This document shows positions 61,418 through 64,000 of a stretch of DNA of 64,000 nucleotides, piece after piece (position 1 is the first letter of the stretch; every line of letters begins with the position of its first letter). The notes beneath the pieces were generated by a model, which had not been told where the DNA came from, ran no database searches, and saw only the letters and a program-made list of their open reading frames with translations. Position numbers and translations under genes: made by a program. The DNA is from an uncultured Gemmatimonadales bacterium. Its GTDB lineage: Bacteria > Gemmatimonadota > Gemmatimonadetes > Gemmatimonadales > Gemmatimonadaceae. The stretch lies in NCBI GenBank assembly GCA_963850905.1, contig CAWKMU010000003.1:672001-736000 (forward strand). Reading direction: 5' to 3'.

Positions 61418-63903
61418 CGTGACGGCCTCAGCGTCAGGACGGACCGGAGGTCCGCTTCGGCCAGGTCGCTGGCGTGGCGCGGGAAGCGCACCGGATCGAG
61501 TGAGCCAGAGAGCCAAAGCGACAACCGATCCGCGTAACGCGAGCTGACCGGATTGCCGGACTGGCCGCCCGGGTACACGGCCCACGCGTGCACCTCGGGA
61601 CCGAGTTGCACGACCATCCGCCAACTCGCGCCTTCGGTGCCGGCACCTGAGGAGGGGTTGAGCGTTTCAGGGCCGCCCTGCATGGGCAGATCGAGGCGCG
61701 AGAACGCGGGGATGTGCAGCAAGTGGAAGATGTTCGCGTGCTGCACGTGGTCCCAACGCCAGCCCCCCTCCGCTGGTGGCCCATACCGCTGCACGGTGCT
61801 GTCGTATCCCGCCACGAGACTAGCGGCGAGCATCGCATCGCGGTTCGGCAAACCCGATCTCGCCACGATCGCGGGCCACCATGTGGCCGTCGAGTCGTGC
61901 AGCAGTTCCGCCAGGACCATGCCCGACACGACGCCCCGCCGGCGCAGCCGCGACGGCAGCACGACGATCGCGTCACCCACGCGCATGACCATTCCGTGCA
62001 AGGCAGCTTCGAAGAGCACGGCGCGCTCATTCGAGCGGGCGTACCGGCCGCTCCACTCGGACAGGAGTCGCGTAGCCTCGTGCAATGTCGGGGTCCCGCG
62101 GCCGGCGCTGTCTTCACGATGCGCAGCCGACAGGAAGAACGGCAGGAAGAAATCGGCGCGCGAACTGCCCGCATCCGTTTGCCAGCGCCGCATGTCGTCG
62201 GGACCGACCGTCGCACTTGCTCGCAGCAGCCTGTTGATGTTGATCGCTCGCCAGGGAGGCGGCCAATCGGCTCCGAAATACACCGCGCGGTTGGGAGCGG
62301 AGCTCGACGGATCGATCGGCTCCTGGTTGGCCGACGCGAGATACCCTTGCGACGGATCGATGGCAGTGGGGTACTCATCGAGCGGGAGCACGCCGCGCCA
62401 ATCACTGGCGGACGTCGAGCCGTCGCGCACGACGTCGCCGCGCCCATCACCCGGGCGCAGCGGAAATGTCCCCGTGGAGCGCATCGCGATCGAGCCCGCC
62501 CGGTCGGCCACCAACATGTTCTGCGCGGGAACGTCGTAGCTCGCCATGCTCCGAAGCCACCCCGCGACCGAAGTGGCGTGCGGCGCGTCGAGCAACGCCG
62601 GCAGCGCGCCACCCGACTCGAGTGCGGTCCATCGCATCGACAGCCAACGCCCGCCGATCCGGCGCATCGGGCCTCGATGCGTAGCCAGCAGGGTATCCGC
62701 CGCAATCTCGACGCCGTGCTGATCGCGATAGTGCTCGACGTACACCGCAAGTGGTCGCCACCCCCCGTCGAGCTGATAGCGGCGCGGATGCACCGAGTCG
62801 TCGACGGTTTCCGCATAGAGATCGAGCACATCGGCGCCGGTGTTCGTGAATGTCCAGGCGACGTCGCGCGTGAACCCGATGATCACCCCCGGCCCGCCAG
62901 TAATCGTCACACCAGCCACATCCAGTCGCCCTGGGACGACGAGGTGGACTTCGTACCAGATCGATGGAAGTGTGAGGTCCAGGTGCGGGTCGCCCGCGAG
63001 CAGCGCAAACCCGGATCGCGTGCGCCGGGGCGACACCGCCCAGTTGTTGCTGCCGAGACCTCTCGCTCCAGCGGAAGACTCGAGGGGACCCATGTCCAAC
63101 GCTTCGGTGGCGCCAGAGTCGACGATGGCTCGAGGTGGCGCCAGCGTGGGAAACCGCCCGGCCAGAAAGTGCGCGTCGGCTCGCCCAGTCGGGACGATCG
63201 GCTGCTGCAGAGGGCTGTGCAGGGGGAGCAACACCCGCGCGACCGTGTCGCCCACGAGCGCCGCGAGGCGAAGTCGGTCGAGTCCGGGATCGTTGGACGC
63301 CAGCGTGAGTGACATCCGGCCGAGTAGATAGAACGCATCGACGGGCGTCCACGGCGTCGGGCGGCGGTTCAGCAGCCGGTACTCGATCGGCAGGTCACTC
63401 GGCCTCATGTCCGCGATCCACGCGTTGACACCATCCCCATACGCGCGCAGCACATGCGCGAGCGACGACGCACTGTCCACCTTGCGGAACGCCTCGTCTG
63501 CCGCGCGCGGCAACCCAAGTCGCCGCGTCCGTCGGTCAGCGTCGACGCCCGGCTTGCCGATCAGTTCGCTCAACGTCCCGGCACCGGCTCGTACCTGTAG
63601 CTCGATCTGAAACAACCGGTCTCGCGCGACCACGTATCCGAGTGCGCGGTAGGCGTCATCCTCCGATGTCGCGAAGATGTGTGGCACCCCGCGACTGTCG
63701 TACCGGACGTCGACGTCCCCCCGCAGACCGGGAACGCGCCCGCCAGCCGTCCGAGGAAGTTCCGCGCTGCGCGCAACGCCCCAGACGCCGTGGACCGGAT
63801 CCAGTAACCGTCCGAGCGGAGGAAGCGGACCGAGTGGCAATGCGCCCACGGCGGCGGTCGCCGCGAGACACAATACTCCCAGCACACGGTGCGCCCTCAG
63901 CAC
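61414..63903 (-). CDS. Penicillin acylase family Ntn hydrolase
   Basis: YDSRGVPHIFA, ARDRLFQ, GSNNW, DPHL..PSIWYE, SANQ, YPGGQSGNP. Confidence 0.94.
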   Translation of the reverse strand: MLRAHRVLGVLCLAATAAVGALPLGPLPPLGRLLDPVHGVWGVARSAELPRTAGGRVPGLRGDVDVRYDSRGVPHIFATSEDDAYRALGYVVARDRLFQIELQVRAGAGTLSELIGKPGVDADRRTRRLGLPRAADEAFRKVDSASSLAHVLRAYGDGVNAWIADMRPSDLPIEYRLLNRRPTPWTPVDAFYLLGRMSLTLASNDPGLDRLRLAALVGDTVARVLLPLHSPLQQPIVPTGRADAHFLAGRFPTLAPPRAIVDSGATEALDMGPLESSAGARGLGSNNWAVSPRRTRSGFALLAGDPHLDLTLPSIWYEVHLVVPGRLDVAGVTITGGPGVIIGFTRDVAWTFTNTGADVLDLYAETVDDSVHPRRYQLDGGWRPLAVYVEHYRDQHGVEIAADTLLATHRGPMRRIGGRWLSMRWTALESGGALPALLDAPHATSVAGWLRSMASYDVPAQNMLVADRAGSIAMRSTGTFPLRPGDGRGDVVRDGSTSASDWRGVLPLDEYPTAIDPSQGYLASANQEPIDPSSSAPNRAVYFGADWPPPWRAININRLLRASATVGPDDMRRWQTDAGSSRADFFLPFFLSAAHREDSAGRGTPTLHEATRLLSEWSGRYARSNERAVLFEAALHGMVMRVGDAIVVLPSRLRRRGVVSGMVLAELLHDSTATWWPAIVARSGLPNRDAMLAASLVAGYDSTVQRYGPPAEGGWRWDHVQHANIFHLLHIPAFSRLDLPMQGGPETLNPSSGAGTEGASWRMVVQLGPEVHAWAVYPGGQSGNPVSSRYADRLSLWLSGSLDPVRFPRHASDLAEADLRSVLTLRPSR

Positions 63904-64000
63904 TGACGGTACGCCAGACTCTTGACTCGCGGGACGGAAGGCACCGATGGCGGCGAATGAGACCGAGCAACCAATGGCCGCGGATCAGTTGCATGACCTG

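Overview
GC-rich bacterial chromosomal segment. Gene style suggests Gemmatimonadota (inference from TPR-tailed Ser/Thr kinases, duplicated orphan ABC permeases and many secreted hydrolases). It holds about 45 CDS, including two kinases, two ADOP permeases, phospholipase C, ArsM with ATCAA-N6-TTGAT boxes, an atypical sdhBCDA-like plus class I hydro-lyase operon, a TIGR03364/phnX pair, Lhr helicase and penicillin acylase. No rRNA, tRNA or CRISPR was seen. The most unusual signal is non-coding. A REP-associated tyrosine transposase (RAYT) sits inside 153-bp REP arrays, with about 10 dispersed REPs elsewhere. Three further intergenic element families are built from 7-bp tandem repeats plus hairpins, and they show compensatory changes, a flipped loop, and an arm that mirrors the adjacent gene end. 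Six single-base insertions in otherwise intact genes look like sequencing errors. All functional calls come from motif recognition, not database searches.
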